Below are positions 46,399-47,671 of a stretch of 47,671 nt of DNA, piece by piece; within the stretch, counting starts at the first letter, position 1; each line of letters opens with the position of its first letter. The translations under genes were made by a program, and so were the position numbers. The stretch covers positions 1-47,671 of the forward strand of contig JBOGUG010000213.1 of NCBI GenBank assembly GCA_050696115.1, in the 5' to 3' direction. The stretch is from Candidatus Promineifilaceae bacterium. GTDB taxonomy: Bacteria > Chloroflexota > Anaerolineae > Promineifilales > Promineifilaceae. The notes under the pieces are model-generated. The model was not told the origin of the DNA, ran no database searches, and was given only the letters and a program-made list of their open reading frames with translations.

Positions 46399-47063
46399 CA
46401 ATCCTCGAACTCTTCCTCTTCCTCTTCTTCCTCTTCTTCCTCGTCCTCGGTGACTTCGGTCAGAAGCTCGGCAATAATCTCAAATTCGTCCTCGTTGATG
46501 GGGATGAAGAAGTCCAGCCGGGCGATCAGGTTGCGGATGTCGGGTTGACTTTCCAGCTCGACGGTGTCGAGCGCTACCCCGCTCTCCAGGTTTGGGGCGT
46601 GGGCATCCAAGTCCACGCTGTAGGTGCGGTTTGGCGCGTCGGCTTTATCGCCCCCCTTGGCGGCCGCCTCAGTAATGCCGGTGATGGTCGCCACGGCGAA
46701 AAAGACCTGGCTTTCAGCCGCCAGATAGAGCAGGCGGTCGCCGGAACGCAACTCTTTGCCTTCCGTGCCGACCGTAGCTTTCTCCTGCCAGCCGGGGACG
46801 ACCAGGTCTTCGGCCGCGATGACGCTGACCGGCTTGATGTAGTGATGGGCGCCCATGCCGACGCCGCGGCGGGTGACGCGGGCCACGCGCGACTGGCGCG
46901 CTTCCTCCTCGACAACGATGTTCTCCCAGATGCGGCTCTGGATCTCCATGTTCAGCTCTGCCGTGAGGCCGGTGTCGTAGCGCACCAGCATCCGGCCGTC
47001 GTTAATCTCCAGGACGATGTAATGGCCGTTGCGGTTAGAATAGTTGCCACCGACTTCAAACAT
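46398..47063 (-). CDS. hypothetical protein with a C-terminal poly-Glu tail
   Basis: GGAGAG lies 5 nt upstream of ATG 47063; the alternative start is TTG 47081. There is no motif I can name. The C-terminus reads EVTEDE(n)FED. The stop overlaps the metG start. Confidence 0.6.
   Translation of the reverse strand: MFEVGGNYSNRNGHYIVLEINDGRMLVRYDTGLTAELNMEIQSRIWENIVVEEEARQSRVARVTRRGVGMGAHHYIKPVSVIAAEDLVVPGWQEKATVGTEGKELRSGDRLLYLAAESQVFFAVATITGITEAAAKGGDKADAPNRTYSVDLDAHAPNLESGVALDTVELESQPDIRNLIARLDFFIPINEDEFEIIAELLTEVTEDEEEEEEEEEEEFED
46410..46442 (+). repeat. 33-nt homopyrimidine tract (CTC/TTC units) encoding the poly-Glu run on the minus strand
   Basis: Positions 46410..46442 are all C/T on the plus strand. 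I count 11 consecutive GAG/GAA codons on the minus strand. Confidence 0.8.
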
Positions 47064-47182
47064 CCACACTCTCCAGGGCAATAGAAGGGGCCTGCACTGG
47101 GCAACCCCCGGCCGGCACGGGCCGATGGTCTTGTTCCGGGGCGCAGCAGCGCCCGGAAATTCAGGCGGGGATAGTAGCTATT

Positions 47183-47671
47183 TTAGTGGGGCTTGGCAAA
47201 TGAAGGCCCCTGAGGCTCAGGCGCGGCCGGGGCGCTCGTTGGCCCGGCGCGGCCGAGCAGGGCGACTGCCAGCAGCAACACGACCAGGCAGGCGATCTGC
47301 ACGAGGTGGTAGCCGCCGGCCGTGAGCGGGCTATCGGCCCGGAAGGCGTCCACAAATAAGCGACCGGCGGCGTAAACGGCGGCTGAGAGCAAGAACAATC
47401 GGCCGGGGGCCGGGCGGCTCGGCCGCCAAGCCAGCCAAGCCCAAAGGGTCAGCAGCCCAACGCCGATCTCGTAGACTTGGACCGGGTGACGGCGAATACC
47501 AAAGAGGCTGACCGCCCAGGGCAGGCTGCTCTCTGAGCCATAGCCAGGGCCGGCCAGGAAGTCGGCCAGGCTGAGGGCCAGCAGGCCGACCAGAAGGGCC
47601 GGGGCGGCGGCGTCCAGGGCGGCCGTGGCCGGCAGGCGGGCGGCGCGCAGCCCGAATGCGGCGGCCAGCAG
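47183..47671 (-). CDS. lgt: second prolipoprotein diacylglyceryl transferase paralog (5' end outside the window)
   Basis: The minus-strand frame is open from the window edge: ...GYGSESSLPWAVSLFGIRRHPVQVYEIGVGLL...AAGRLFVDAFR... These are Lgt landmarks (LPWAV, HPxQxYE). The ORF track lists only its last 71 aa. Confidence 0.7.
   Translation of the reverse strand: MLAAAFGLRAARLPATAALDAAAPALLVGLLALSLADFLAGPGYGSESSLPWAVSLFGIRRHPVQVYEIGVGLLTLWAWLAWRPSRPAPGRLFLLSAAVYAAGRLFVDAFRADSPLTAGGYHLVQIACLVVLLLAVALLGRAGPTSAPAAPEPQGPSFAKPH

Noticed and set aside
47064-47182. T-box leader upstream of the metG-containing operon
   Set aside because: The spacer is only about 120 nt and lacks the conserved T-box sequence. 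Its one clear hairpin (47134..47158) lies right after the lgt-paralog stop and is more simply a 3' stem for that gene.
1-47671. CRISPR arrays, tRNA/rRNA genes, IS elements, integrases, toxin-antitoxin or known defence genes
   Set aside because: I scanned all intergenic spacers and found none longer than about 210 nt. None shows a direct-repeat/spacer structure or a cloverleaf-capable sequence. No ORF shows transposase, recombinase, nuclease-helicase or other defence-type motifs.

Overview
GC-rich bacterial chromosomal window. Gene content suggests a Chloroflexota-like or other Terrabacteria genome, but that is inference only. It is densely packed with about 45 protein-coding genes, many joined by ATGA/GTGA/TGATG start-stop overlaps. 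I found no rRNA, tRNA, CRISPR array, transposase, integrase or recognisable defence genes. Left third, mostly minus strand: an oversized secA, prs, meaB plus a stand-alone B12-binding methylmalonyl-CoA mutase subunit, a decayed APH-family pseudogene (+), dnaE, a tungsten-type aldehyde:ferredoxin oxidoreductase, a GT2, an alkyltransferase-like (Atl) protein and pgl. Centre, plus strand: a complex I operon holding only membrane-arm genes (nuoA-H-J-K-L-M-M'-N) with two NuoM paralogs and a 751-aa NuoL. It is followed directly by an Fo-only ATP synthase operon (atpZ-like, a, c, and a b subunit fused to a delta C-terminal domain). Next come a CDP-alcohol phosphatidyltransferase, lgt, an esterase, an ABC-2 exporter whose permease is fused to a SpoIIM/DUF95 domain, an exported protein with FlgD-Ig-like repeats, a Gly/Ala-rich membrane protein, a phnD-C-E-E transporter with two greatly enlarged PhnE permeases, and two GT2 genes. 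Right end, minus strand: a small ORF, a GT-C (GT39-like) glycosyltransferase, an O-methyltransferase, metG coupled to an unknown protein with a poly-Glu tail, and a partial second lgt paralog. The most unusual content is the all-membrane-sector bioenergetic cluster (2M-type complex I membrane arm plus Fo). Several housekeeping proteins also carry large lineage-specific insertions (SecA, PhnE, Lgt, Fo-a, NuoL). I do not see a mobile or defence island. All calls come from reading the translations and sequence by eye, with no database search.
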